DNA from: a candidate division TM6 bacterium UASB124
GTDB taxonomy: Bacteria; Babelota; Babeliae; Babelales; RVW-14
Direction of reading: 5' to 3'
DNA length: 64,000 nt
Assembly (NCBI GenBank): GCA_945897315.1
Contig: CAMDFF010000002.1
Coordinates: 91,618-155,617 of the forward strand
Both the position numbers and the translations under genes were made by a program. Shown here piece by piece: positions 47,433 to 56,907 of the stretch. Positions within the stretch are counted from its first letter, which is position 1. Each line of letters opens with the position of its first letter. The notes beneath the pieces are model-generated. The model was not told the origin of the DNA. It made no database searches and saw nothing but the letters and a program-made list of their open reading frames with translations.

Positions 47433-48944
47433 ATGATTGAAAAAGAAACAGATATTATCAGCCTCCTCGAGAAAAATCTTCAACCCGATGAAAATGGATC
47501 GTTTGAAGAGGTAGGGGTTGTTATAAAAATTGGTGATGGCATTTGTAAGGTCTATGGGCTTAATAATGCTGTATTTGGTGAAATCGTTACGTTTGAATCA
47601 GGCACGCGCGGTATCATTCTCGATTTAGATGAAGACTTTGTATCGGTCATTCTTCTCGATGATCAAACGAGTGTTATTGAACAAGAGATTGTCAAACGTA
47701 CCGGTAAGGTACTCAAGGTGCCCGTGGGTGAGCAGTTAATTGGCCGTGTTGTTAATGCTGTTGGTAAACCTGTTGACCAATTGGGGCAACTTGAGGGAAT
47801 GACATTTGAGTCGATTGAACGTGTTGCTCCTGGTATTACGGAGCGTACGCCAATCCATGAATCACTCGAAACAGGCATTACAGCAATTGATGCGCTTATT
47901 CCCATTGGCAAGGGTCAACGTGAGCTTTTAATTGGGAATCGTAGTACGGGCAAAACGACCATTGTACTCGATACTATTTTGCATCAAAAAGATAAAAATG
48001 TGATTTGTATCTATGTTGCCATTGGGCACAAGCAGGCACATACGGCACGGATGATTCAAGAGCTTGAGCAACGTGGTGCAATGGCATACACTATTATCGT
48101 TGATGCCGATGCAAACGAGACCGCCCTTAATCAATATCTTTCTCCCTATACTGGTTGCACTATCGGTGAGTTTTTCATGCGGCGCGGCCAAGATGCACTC
48201 GTGATTTATGATGATTTGAGTAATCACGCTATTGCTTATCGTGAGTTATCGTTATTACTTCGTCGTCCCCCAGGACGTGAGGCTTACCCTGGTGATATTT
48301 TTTATATTCATTCACGCTTATTAGAGCGTGCAGGTAAGATTCTGCCTGAGTATGGTGGTGGCTCGCTGACGGCATTGCCAATTGTACAAACGCAAGGTGA
48401 TGATATTTCTGCCTATATCCCAACAAATTTGATTTCTATTACTGACGGGCAAATTGTGCTCGACACACAGCTATTTAATGCTGGTATTAGGCCTGCTATT
48501 AATATAGGGCTTTCAGTGTCTCGCGTGAGTGGTGCGGCGCAAACAAAAGCGATTAAAAAGGTTTCTGGCTCGCTAAAGTTAGAGCTTGCACAGTACAACG
48601 AATTATTGGCATTTGAGCAATTTGGCTCTGAGCTTGATAAGGTTAGCCAAAGGTCAATTGACCGTGGTAAACGTGCAATTGAGCTACTTAAACAGCCAGA
48701 GCATGAGACCTATTCGTTTATTGATCAGACAATATTTTTGTTTTTGCTCAAAGAAAATGTTCTAGATAAGCTTGCTATCGAGGATGTGAAGCCATTTGCT
48801 GTGCAGTGTGCATCGTATATTAAAGGTGCTTATACTGATACGTACCAGGGGATTTTTGAAACAAAACAATTTACTGGTCAGCATATGCAAGATGTCCGTA
48901 AGGCGGCGGAAGAGTTTTCACTTATCTTTATGCATTCGCGCTAA
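47433..48944 (+). CDS. atpA: F-ATPase alpha subunit
   Basis: GNRSTGKTT (Walker A), PGREAYPGDIFYIHSRLLERA, and SITDGQI. Confidence 0.95.
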   Translation: MIEKETDIISLLEKNLQPDENGSFEEVGVVIKIGDGICKVYGLNNAVFGEIVTFESGTRGIILDLDEDFVSVILLDDQTSVIEQEIVKRTGKVLKVPVGEQLIGRVVNAVGKPVDQLGQLEGMTFESIERVAPGITERTPIHESLETGITAIDALIPIGKGQRELLIGNRSTGKTTIVLDTILHQKDKNVICIYVAIGHKQAHTARMIQELEQRGAMAYTIIVDADANETALNQYLSPYTGCTIGEFFMRRGQDALVIYDDLSNHAIAYRELSLLLRRPPGREAYPGDIFYIHSRLLERAGKILPEYGGGSLTALPIVQTQGDDISAYIPTNLISITDGQIVLDTQLFNAGIRPAINIGLSVSRVSGAAQTKAIKKVSGSLKLELAQYNELLAFEQFGSELDKVSQRSIDRGKRAIELLKQPEHETYSFIDQTIFLFLLKENVLDKLAIEDVKPFAVQCASYIKGAYTDTYQGIFETKQFTGQHMQDVRKAAEEFSLIFMHSR

Positions 48945-48948
48945 TAGC

Positions 48949-49353
48949 ATGCATCGAGTTATTGTTTTTCTCGTTGTATTACTTGTAGGCTGCGGCAAAA
49001 GGCCACGCTCTCTCGTCTCTCAAAAAAAACATGAAATAAAGCCATTGATTTTTGATGTGCCACGCGCGACAAGGTTGCGTGGCACAGATACTGGCACTGC
49101 CATAAATCTCCACTGGCAGCCAATTGCTGACGAGCGTTTGCATTCATATGCTATCTATAAATTTTCTCGTGGCCGCTTCTTGCGGCACAAGCCATTCGCC
49201 ATTATTCAGGCTCCCCACAATTCTTTTACGGATATCAAACCATATCGTCATGATAAAGATCCGTGCTATGCGCTAAGGCCATACTATATTATTAATAGTT
49301 ATGTTTGTATGGGCGCTTTGAGCAATGTGCTATGTTTTGAAAAGAAAAAATAG
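48949..49353 (+). CDS. Small lipoprotein (possible FN3/Ig-like fold) at the position where atpG would be expected
   Basis: ATG 48949 gives MHRVIVFLVVLLVGC (lipobox LVGC). TAINLHWQPIADERLHSYAIYKF is FN3-like. The ORF-track N-terminal extension overlaps atpA. Confidence 0.55.
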   Translation: MHRVIVFLVVLLVGCGKRPRSLVSQKKHEIKPLIFDVPRATRLRGTDTGTAINLHWQPIADERLHSYAIYKFSRGRFLRHKPFAIIQAPHNSFTDIKPYRHDKDPCYALRPYYIINSYVCMGALSNVLCFEKKK

Positions 49354-49430
49354 GGCCAAAAAAAGGCCCTCCAACTTAGGACAAGCTGGAGGGTTGGGGG
49401 GGCGAACAGTACTTTTGATACTGTTCATTT
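49353..49430 (+). terminator. Cluster of three hairpins after the atp/lipoprotein operon
   Basis: GGGCC-a7-GGCCC; CCCTCCAaC-n9-GcTGGAGGG; GAACAGTA-n7-TACTGTTC followed by ATTTAGGGATTT. U-runs are weak. Confidence 0.4.
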
Positions 49431-49729
49431 AGGGATTTATTATCACCTAAGTAAAAAGTTTTTTCATGGCAAATCGTAACAAGACCCATTGTTGATGTCA
49501 AGAAAAACTCGTAATAGTGTAGGTTTGAAAAGTTGTCTTTTTATGTTTTCACTCTTTGTACATGGCTAGTACCCCAAAGTAACGATCTAGAAGTGTTTTA
49601 CAGCTAGATTGGGGAGGGTTGTAATAGGGTTTTTTAAGCTATGTGATAGTACGATCTGGACGGTGTTTTCAGATGTCAAAAAAGGCGTTTGTTAATGGTC
49701 ATTAATTTTCTTTTGCTTGCGAGCAAAAG

Positions 49730-50983
49730 TTATGTTGGCTCTTGCTCGGTGGCTTTCGTATCAAGCTCGTGCTGCAACATAAATGCTTTATCCATCAGTG
49801 CAGCCTTTTCTTCGACAGAAATATTTTTTGTTTCAAAATAACGATTGAGCAGGGTGGTGAAATCCATATCGATTTTTAGTGCTGCTCGTCGCTCACGTGG
49901 AGCTATCTGATGTACTGGAATAATGCCAACGACGTACATGGCCTTTTGGCATGCTCGTAGCACTACCGATAAGTCAACGCGGTCCTGAGCCCCAAGCGAT
50001 AGGTGGTATATAATTTTTACAATCGCATCGTCAAGGACATGCTCTTCTAGTGCTGTTAAAATTTGTTCTGTCTGGTCTTTCAGAGGCTCTAACTTGATAT
50101 CAAGCTGAATCATGCGTCTGGTTGCTAACACGTGGAAAGCATATGTAGTTTTTTTAAGACCATCAGGTGCTGTTGTAATTTCAACAGAGACAAAGCCTTT
50201 GTCTTCTTTACGTTCACCAAAGTCTACACGTTCAATTGATCCTGAATACACCACTGGAATGCCTCCTAGGTTTAAGTCCTGGAAGCGGTGGAGATGTCCA
50301 AGTGCAACATAATCAATCGGCGGAAGTGCGAGTTGTGATGGTAAAAAAACAGCATCGGTGCCGTACACAGCACATTTTTCTGAACCTGAAAAAATCCCAG
50401 AGCTAACGGTTAAGTGGCCGCCAAGGACAGCAGGTATTGCTGGGTCAAGGCTCGAGACAAGCTGAGTAATAATATTACCAACGCTTTCTGATAGGTAGGC
50501 AGCAATTTCAGTATTGCTCTTATGGTGATGTGCCTGCAGCGTAACAACATGATTACGCGTTGGCCAGGGCACACCAATAATTTGTACGGGGCCACTTTTG
50601 GTTTGAATTACGTGCATGGCAGGGCGGGAAAAGACATAGAACCCGTTTACAGGCAAATATGAAAAAACATCCAAAGAGTTTGCTTTACCAAAACTTAAGG
50701 GATGGTCGTGGTTGCCAACAATAATAATTATCGGAATGCCAACCTGATGTAAGCGCAAAAAACGTTGGGCAAGCATTTTTTGCTGCGTAGGTGTTGGGTT
50801 TGCTGTTTTGTAGGCATCGCCAGAAAAAATAACAAAATCGATATTTTCGGCAATAGCACGATCAACGAGAACATCTAAGTTTTTAGCAAAATCCAGCAAC
50901 CGGGTGTGGATCCCGGTTGCTGGGTCTATTTTTCCGTAGTTCTCAACGCCAAAATGTATGTCCGCGGTGTGGAAAAATTTCAT
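49730..50983 (-). CDS. sbcD: SbcD/Mre11-family nuclease
   Basis: Calcineurin-like phosphoesterase motifs HTADIHFG, FSGDAY, VGNHD, GHLTV and LGHLH. Confidence 0.85.
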   Translation of the reverse strand: MKFFHTADIHFGVENYGKIDPATGIHTRLLDFAKNLDVLVDRAIAENIDFVIFSGDAYKTANPTPTQQKMLAQRFLRLHQVGIPIIIIVGNHDHPLSFGKANSLDVFSYLPVNGFYVFSRPAMHVIQTKSGPVQIIGVPWPTRNHVVTLQAHHHKSNTEIAAYLSESVGNIITQLVSSLDPAIPAVLGGHLTVSSGIFSGSEKCAVYGTDAVFLPSQLALPPIDYVALGHLHRFQDLNLGGIPVVYSGSIERVDFGERKEDKGFVSVEITTAPDGLKKTTYAFHVLATRRMIQLDIKLEPLKDQTEQILTALEEHVLDDAIVKIIYHLSLGAQDRVDLSVVLRACQKAMYVVGIIPVHQIAPRERRAALKIDMDFTTLLNRYFETKNISVEEKAALMDKAFMLQHELDTKATEQEPT

Positions 50984-50994
50984 TCATAAACCTA

Positions 50995-52494
50995 TTATTC
51001 AAAGCCTATTTTCTGATCTGGGTCTGTTTTAACTGCGCCACGAAATTGAATAATCTCATCGTCGTTGTCATGGCTGATTGGCTTCATTTTTTCAATGTGT
51101 CCGCCAGCGGAGTCTTTTTTCATAGCGTCGCGCAATTTTTTTGCATAACCAAGTTTATTTTCTTGCCTGGTGCGGCCAATGGCGAGTGCATCTGCGGGGA
51201 CATCAGTATTGACTACTGAGCCTGCTGCGGTGTAAGCATTTTTGCCAACAGCAATAGGTGCAATCAGCGTGTTGTTGCTCCCAACAAATGCACCATCTTC
51301 TATGATAGTTACACTTTTTTTAACGCCATCATAGTTGCAGGTTACGGTGCCAGCGCCAATATTAACTCCTGCTCCAACGGTTGCATCACCGATGTACGAT
51401 AAATGCTTTACTTTGCTTGAATCGCCAATGGTGGCTGTTTTAATTTCAACAAAGTTGCCAATTTGAACGTCATTTGCAACGGTAACATTTTGACGAAGCC
51501 TAGCAAATGGGCCAACGTGTACATTGCTGCCAATAATGCTGTGTTGTACCACTGAATGTGAATGGATGGTGGTATTTTCAGCAATTATTGTGTCTTCAAT
51601 AATTGTAAAGGCTCCAACAAAGCACTCTTCTCCAATGCTTGTATTGCCTAATAAATGTACCCCAGTACCAATAAATGATCCTGCCCCGATGGTTACATTG
51701 ATGTCGATATGGATGCTTTGCGCCAGCTCAAAACGTACGCCTTGCGCCATCCAATATTTGATGAATTCGGAGCGTTTAATTTGTTCAACACCCCAGAGAT
51801 CTTGCAGCGTGTTTACCCCGCGGACTAAATCATACGGCACTGATATGGCTTTAACACCAAGATTTTCTTGTGATGCCATAGCAATCAGGTCAGGCAAATA
51901 GATTTCACCGGTTACTGAGCTTTTACCAAGCTTGGTAATGTGTGATTCAAGAAAGTCTCTACGCATGACGTATACGCCGGCATTAATGCGATTGACGAGG
52001 CGTTGTTCGCTGGTACAATCTTTTTCTTCGATAATTTCAATCAATCCATCACGCTCAAGCACGCGACCGTATCCTGTTGGGTCAAGCACATAGGCAGTGC
52101 TTAAGGTAACCGCAGCAGCTGATTTTTCGTGTTCATCAAGCAATTGACCAATAAGCTCTTTGCTCAGTAGCGGCATATCGCCATACAAAATTAAAATATT
52201 GTCTGCATCCCACGTATCTTTACTGCACAATACAGCATGGCCTGTTCCAAGCTGTTCTGCTTGTAATATCACAGAAACATCTTTCATACCTGCTGATACA
52301 ACAGCAGCCTCTACCTCTTCTGCCTGGTGTCCCAAGATAAGGGTAATAGGTATCTTGTGTGCTTCAAGCGCATGCAGAGGGTAAAGGATCATCTCTTGCC
52401 CGCAGATGCTTGATAACAATTTACTTTTTTTGGTCTTGAAACGACTTGATTTGCCAGCTGCCAAAACAACTGCTCGTGTGGTAGATGTGGCCAT
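50995..52494 (-). CDS. glmU: Bifunctional GlcNAc-1-P uridyltransferase / GlcN-1-P acetyltransferase
   Basis: VVLAAGKSSRFKTKKSKLL (nucleotidyltransferase), a long left-handed beta-helix hexapeptide region, and about 40 aa of C-terminal extension. Confidence 0.92.
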   Translation of the reverse strand: MATSTTRAVVLAAGKSSRFKTKKSKLLSSICGQEMILYPLHALEAHKIPITLILGHQAEEVEAAVVSAGMKDVSVILQAEQLGTGHAVLCSKDTWDADNILILYGDMPLLSKELIGQLLDEHEKSAAAVTLSTAYVLDPTGYGRVLERDGLIEIIEEKDCTSEQRLVNRINAGVYVMRRDFLESHITKLGKSSVTGEIYLPDLIAMASQENLGVKAISVPYDLVRGVNTLQDLWGVEQIKRSEFIKYWMAQGVRFELAQSIHIDINVTIGAGSFIGTGVHLLGNTSIGEECFVGAFTIIEDTIIAENTTIHSHSVVQHSIIGSNVHVGPFARLRQNVTVANDVQIGNFVEIKTATIGDSSKVKHLSYIGDATVGAGVNIGAGTVTCNYDGVKKSVTIIEDGAFVGSNNTLIAPIAVGKNAYTAAGSVVNTDVPADALAIGRTRQENKLGYAKKLRDAMKKDSAGGHIEKMKPISHDNDDEIIQFRGAVKTDPDQKIGFE

Positions 52495-52697
52495 GACACC
52501 CTCTCAGGCTAGGCTTTGAGTACCCAGCTTAAACGTTTGTGTTTATTTTTCTTTAAAAAAACCTATTTCTAGCTTAAAATGACACATAATGATACCTATA
52601 TAATTGCTGAGATTGCAAATAGTTATTGAAATATCAAATCCTGCGTTTAATACGCTGCTTTTTTGACCTGGAAGCACGTGGGTAAACGCTATATTGT

Positions 52698-52789
52698 GGA
52701 GAGGTGGCTGAGTGGTTGAAAGCGGCCGCCTCGAAAGCGGCTATACCAGGAAACTGGTATCGTGGGTTCAAATCCCACCCTCTCCGCCA
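52698..52789 (+). tRNA. tRNA-Ser (anticodon CGA), CCA encoded
   Basis: Hand fold. Acceptor GGAGAGG/CCTCTCC; D arm GCT..AGC; anticodon stem GCCGC/GCGGC with loop CTCGAAA; long variable arm ATACCAG-GAAA-CTGGTAT; T arm GTGGG-TTCAAAT-CCCAC; discriminator G+CCA. Confidence 0.93.
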
Positions 52790-52799
52790 GAATTATATT

Positions 52800-54422
52800 A
52801 TGATGAGCACGTTACAACAGATCCGCGCTAATCTGCTACCCGGTATTACAGTTGGCCTTGTTTCGGTTCCTATCTGCATCTCTCTAGCAGTTGCTTCAGG
52901 TGCAACCCCTGTTATGGGCATCATAACAGCCATTTGGGCTGGTTTTGTAGCTTCACTTGCCGGCGGTAGTAATTTTAATATTACCGGTCCTACGGGTGTT
53001 CTTGCGGGCTTGCTCAGTGCTTACGCGTTGCACTTTGGCATAGATTGCCTGCCAATATTGGCGATTCTTTCCGGTATTATTATTTATGGTTGTTACCAAT
53101 TGCGCCTTGAGCGCTATTTAATGTTTATTCCAAGTAGTGCGCTCCACGGCTTTATTCTTGGTATTGCAGGTATGATTATTATTAATCAAATGGATGCTGT
53201 GTTAGGATTTGCAACGCCAACTAAAGCACCAAATCTAGTAGCAAAAGCTTTTGCTATTGCACATTTACTTCCTCAGGCGTACTTGCCAGCAACGGGGCTG
53301 TTCCTCATTTTTTTTGCGGGGCTTATGTTTTTTGCGTTTAAATTTCCACGGTTGCCGGGGGCGATTGTGTTAGCGCCACTTGGTATTTTTCTTGGCTACT
53401 GCTCAAGTGTTGGCCTCATTCCTTGGTCCTTTCAAACACTGAGTAGTAAATACGGAACGATTGATACTGCTATTATTCAAATGCCTATTTTTCAGTTCAG
53501 ATTTGCCTATATCATTCCAGCGTTTTGTATTGCGGGTCTTTCAATTATGGAGACACTCGTGTCGGCACGCATTGCAGACACTCTGACAAAAACAAAACAT
53601 GACCAACGACAAGAGATGCTCGGGCTTTCTCTATCAAATATTGTTACTGGCTTTGCCGGTGGCATCCCCGCGACGGCAGCGTTGGCCCGTACGGCGTTAA
53701 ATATTCGGAGTGGATGTAGTAATAAGTTTTCCGGGGCGATTGCCAGTGTATGTGTTGGACTTATTGCACTGCTTGCGCTCCCTTATTTTTCTTTTTTACC
53801 GCTGACTGTCATTGCAGCAATTCTTGTTTTTGTCTCATTTCGTATGTTGCAAATGGAACACTTCATTCATCTATACAAGCATGATAAAAAGCACTTTGCC
53901 CTGGCACTGATTGTTGCTTTTGTAACACTATATGATGACCCTGTTGTTGGTATTTTGCTTGGTGCCGTCATGGCAATGCTTATTTTAATGGAAAAGTTTT
54001 CGCGTGGAGATCACGAAATTGTCCTGCAATCACTACAGCAAAACATCTCGACTGAAGCTGATACAGTTAAAAGCGACACCCTTGTCTATAGTATCAAAGG
54101 ACCTATGGCTTACATTAATGCTCGTGCTCATAGAAAACATCTTGATAATATTCCAGCAACAATTACAAATGTAGTGATCGATATCCATGATATGCATTTT
54201 ATTGATGCTGATGGGGCTGAGACACTCGTTGATATTCTTCAAGCATTGCAAATAAAAAATGTGACGACAGTGTTAGTTGGACCCTCACCGCGCATTGTGC
54301 ATTTTCTGGAAGATAGCAAGACCTATAAAACTATGCAGCAGCAGGGATTTATTTGCGCCACACTTAATGACGCCTACTTTCGTGTTCATCATTCAATAGC
54401 AGAAAAGAATGTTACTATTTGA
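52800..54422 (+). CDS. SulP-family anion transporter with C-terminal STAS domain
   Basis: GITVGLVSVPICISLAVASGATPVMGIITAIWAGFVASLAGGSNFNITGPTG is typical of SulP. The C-terminal about 120 aa are STAS-like. The ORF-track start at 52704 runs through the tRNA; ATG 52800 is used. Confidence 0.88.
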   Translation: MMSTLQQIRANLLPGITVGLVSVPICISLAVASGATPVMGIITAIWAGFVASLAGGSNFNITGPTGVLAGLLSAYALHFGIDCLPILAILSGIIIYGCYQLRLERYLMFIPSSALHGFILGIAGMIIINQMDAVLGFATPTKAPNLVAKAFAIAHLLPQAYLPATGLFLIFFAGLMFFAFKFPRLPGAIVLAPLGIFLGYCSSVGLIPWSFQTLSSKYGTIDTAIIQMPIFQFRFAYIIPAFCIAGLSIMETLVSARIADTLTKTKHDQRQEMLGLSLSNIVTGFAGGIPATAALARTALNIRSGCSNKFSGAIASVCVGLIALLALPYFSFLPLTVIAAILVFVSFRMLQMEHFIHLYKHDKKHFALALIVAFVTLYDDPVVGILLGAVMAMLILMEKFSRGDHEIVLQSLQQNISTEADTVKSDTLVYSIKGPMAYINARAHRKHLDNIPATITNVVIDIHDMHFIDADGAETLVDILQALQIKNVTTVLVGPSPRIVHFLEDSKTYKTMQQQGFICATLNDAYFRVHHSIAEKNVTI

Positions 54423-54496
54423 CGTACGGAGTAGTTTGTCGTAAAACTATACAAGTGCTGTGAAAATAGAACCCTCCTACGTCGGTTTGGGTAAGA

Positions 54497-55018
54497 ATGA
54501 AAGAAGTAGTACTTGCGGTCATTGCTAGGGATGGTGAAGATGCTTTGATGCATGAAAATATCGGCATCTTAGTAATTAATAATCAGAGCGAAATGCTGTT
54601 GCATAAAACGCAATCCACTAAACCTCACCATTACGTTTGGGAACCACCGCATCTTTTGCAGCATGATCCATTGATAGAGAAGCCATGCGATGCAGCTGAG
54701 CGTTTTCTTGTGGCGGTTGGCATTGACGGGGAGGTGCACGAGGCCTTTATGTCATATTCTATGGATAGTATGGGATCATTAAAAAAAATTGATCATCTCA
54801 TTATTGCTCTCACATCAGTTAAAAGTACCGAGTTGCTTAAACAAAAAACAGCAGGCGAGTGTGTGCCGTTTGATTATGTTTTGCACGATGCTCATGAGCA
54901 TCCAGATTGCTATGCATGGTGGTTTCGCGAATCCCTGGATGGCGTTGCGCTGTACTTGAAAAATCTACTAAAACAGAGCAAACTGCTTTCACCACACAAA
55001 CAAGCTGAATTATCTTAA
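54497..55018 (+). CDS. Hypothetical protein (possible Nudix/IDI-like fold with a degenerate Nudix box)
   Basis: ILVINNQSEMLLHKTQSTKPHHYVWEPPH...DAAERFLVAVGIDG loosely follows the Nudix layout but lacks the catalytic REx2EE residues. Confidence 0.3.
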   Translation: MKEVVLAVIARDGEDALMHENIGILVINNQSEMLLHKTQSTKPHHYVWEPPHLLQHDPLIEKPCDAAERFLVAVGIDGEVHEAFMSYSMDSMGSLKKIDHLIIALTSVKSTELLKQKTAGECVPFDYVLHDAHEHPDCYAWWFRESLDGVALYLKNLLKQSKLLSPHKQAELS

Positions 55019-55035
55019 AAAATATTGGATTAAAC

Positions 55036-55449
55036 ATGCTGCAAGAAACACGCTTGGGTTTTGTCGTGAAGCCGGCCCAACTAGAGTGTATTGTTGAAAA
55101 AGTATGGGGCCACGAAGAGTGGATTGCTAATAATGCACAATACTGTGGTAAGAAAATGGTTTTCAAGAGTGGTTTTCAATGCTCTTGGCATCATCATAAA
55201 ATAAAAGATGAGACTTTTTATGTGCAATCTGGGCGCATGGTTCTTGAAACAGAAGAGAATGGGATTTATGATCAGCGTATTATGCAAGCAGGCGACGTTG
55301 CACATGTGACCCCTCTTGTTTGGCATCGTTTATCAGCTATGCAAAACACCGAACTTTTTGAATTTTCTACTTTTCATATGGAAGAAGATTCATATCGCAG
55401 AACGGAAAGTGGAAAAGCTGATTTTAGCGCTATGGGTATTGTATTGTGA
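55036..55449 (+). CDS. Cupin-domain protein
   Basis: KVWGHEEWIANN...CSWHHHKIKDETFYVQSGRMVLE...GDVAHVTPLVWHRL, showing the two cupin motifs. 137 aa. Confidence 0.7.
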   Translation: MLQETRLGFVVKPAQLECIVEKVWGHEEWIANNAQYCGKKMVFKSGFQCSWHHHKIKDETFYVQSGRMVLETEENGIYDQRIMQAGDVAHVTPLVWHRLSAMQNTELFEFSTFHMEEDSYRRTESGKADFSAMGIVL

Positions 55450-56000
55450 GTATAAAACGTCTTTTGCTCCTCAGTAGCTTGTTGCTCGTTGGTGGCTTTT
55501 TATTTCTTATGCTTCAGCGTAATTGGCTTATTGTGCATGTTGCTTACTTTCCTTTTTCTCCAACATCTACGGCAGACAATATGAAATCTGCGCCTGCCTA
55601 TCAAAAACAAATTACGATTAGTTACTATAAAAATGGTGGATTAGTTCGAGAAGAGAGTATTGCTATGTGGCATGAAAATGATATAGCACAAACTCTTAAG
55701 CAGGTAGTTAAGCAATGGCTTAATGTGTTGCAAGACGCACATCTATTGCGTCCTCATTTAGCGGTTGCTACAGTCGCTGTTGCAACAGGTAGCGGCGAAG
55801 CATATGTTTCGTTTGATAGTGCTTTATTTATCAAAGAGATGTCGATTAAAAGCAAATGGCTGATTATTGAGAGTCTCTGTAAGACTATTCGAGATAATGA
55901 GCTTGCTTTACATGCGCTTACATTGCTTAATAATGATCATCCAATGGATGATGATCATCTTGATTTTAGTCATCCATTGTCGCTTGAAAGTCGCTTGTAA
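55446..56000 (+). CDS. Hypothetical membrane-anchored protein (GerMN-like?)
   Basis: GTG start overlapping the cupin stop (GTGA). One N-terminal TM. The domain assignment is a weak impression only. Confidence 0.35.
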   Translation: MSIKRLLLLSSLLLVGGFLFLMLQRNWLIVHVAYFPFSPTSTADNMKSAPAYQKQITISYYKNGGLVREESIAMWHENDIAQTLKQVVKQWLNVLQDAHLLRPHLAVATVAVATGSGEAYVSFDSALFIKEMSIKSKWLIIESLCKTIRDNELALHALTLLNNDHPMDDDHLDFSHPLSLESRL

Positions 56001-56033
56001 AGATAGCCTGTTAATTAAAGATATCGTAAGGAT

Positions 56034-56903
56034 ATGGTTATGAAAAAGGTATTAGATAGTTTTTTATTGGGCGCATTTTTTTTGACTGGATCGCTTAATG
56101 CTGGGGCAGTCATTGTATCAGCAGGTACCATCGCTATTCCGTTACAAAAAATAATCAGCGAAACCCATCAAGATATTCTGTCTCGCGCACCGGGGTATGT
56201 CTCGGGAGAGGTTGTACGTGGTGGATCAACAACGGTAGCTCTTCTGCTTAATGGTCTTGCTCAAACATGTTTTCATGTTGGGCAAGCAGCGAGCACGGCA
56301 ACTCCGAACCCGTTGGTGACACAAGGTATCTTGAATACTATTGGCGCAAGTCTTGCAACAGCAGCAGCTATTGTACTTGATAGAAAGCAACAGCGTGAGC
56401 AAAAGAAAGCTGATCATGCCAACCTCTCAAAGGCTCTTTCTTATTTGGTTGAACAGCTTGAAAATGAGGAGCATACAACAACGACTAGAATGCCGAAAAC
56501 TGATCTATTCTCTGTTCTTAAGGCACTCGAATTACCTGAAAGTAAAGAGGCATTTATTCAGCTCTTGCTGAGTGATGATAAGTTATCAGAAGAATTTTTG
56601 AATGATGTTCTAGAAGTAGCAGTCACCTATTGTCAGGAACATGAAGAGGCTCTTGTGCAGGTAATTAGGATACGCGCAGCTGTCGTTTTTATTGACTGGC
56701 TTGTTAAGCAGCGTGCTACAAAAGAAGATAGTCAACTCCCGTGCACATCACTGAACACCGACAACTCAGTTTTGTATGCTCCAGCATCAGTGTCTTTTTA
56801 TGCTCCGTCAGCGGATGGAAAAGAACTGCCCTTGTTGATTGAACAGATAGCATCACGGGTAGCAGATAAACTTGTAGCCATGTACGCAATGATGCGTGTA
56901 TAA
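56034..56903 (+). CDS. Hypothetical secreted or membrane protein
   Basis: 289 aa with a signal-like N-terminus MVMKKVLDSFLLGAFFLTGSLNAGA. No recognisable domain. Confidence 0.45.
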   Translation: MVMKKVLDSFLLGAFFLTGSLNAGAVIVSAGTIAIPLQKIISETHQDILSRAPGYVSGEVVRGGSTTVALLLNGLAQTCFHVGQAASTATPNPLVTQGILNTIGASLATAAAIVLDRKQQREQKKADHANLSKALSYLVEQLENEEHTTTTRMPKTDLFSVLKALELPESKEAFIQLLLSDDKLSEEFLNDVLEVAVTYCQEHEEALVQVIRIRAAVVFIDWLVKQRATKEDSQLPCTSLNTDNSVLYAPASVSFYAPSADGKELPLLIEQIASRVADKLVAMYAMMRV

Positions 56904-56907
56904 ACCT

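Noticed and set aside
52704-52799. N-terminal 32 codons of the 572-aa ORF-track entry 52704..54422
   Set aside because: This stretch is the tRNA-Ser(CGA) gene (52698..52789) read as protein. The SulP transporter starts at ATG 52800 (MMSTLQQIR...).
52495-52800. tRNA-Ser as a possible integration site for a genomic island
   Set aside because: No integrase, no direct repeat of the tRNA 3' end that I could find by eye, and ordinary transporter and metabolic genes on both sides.
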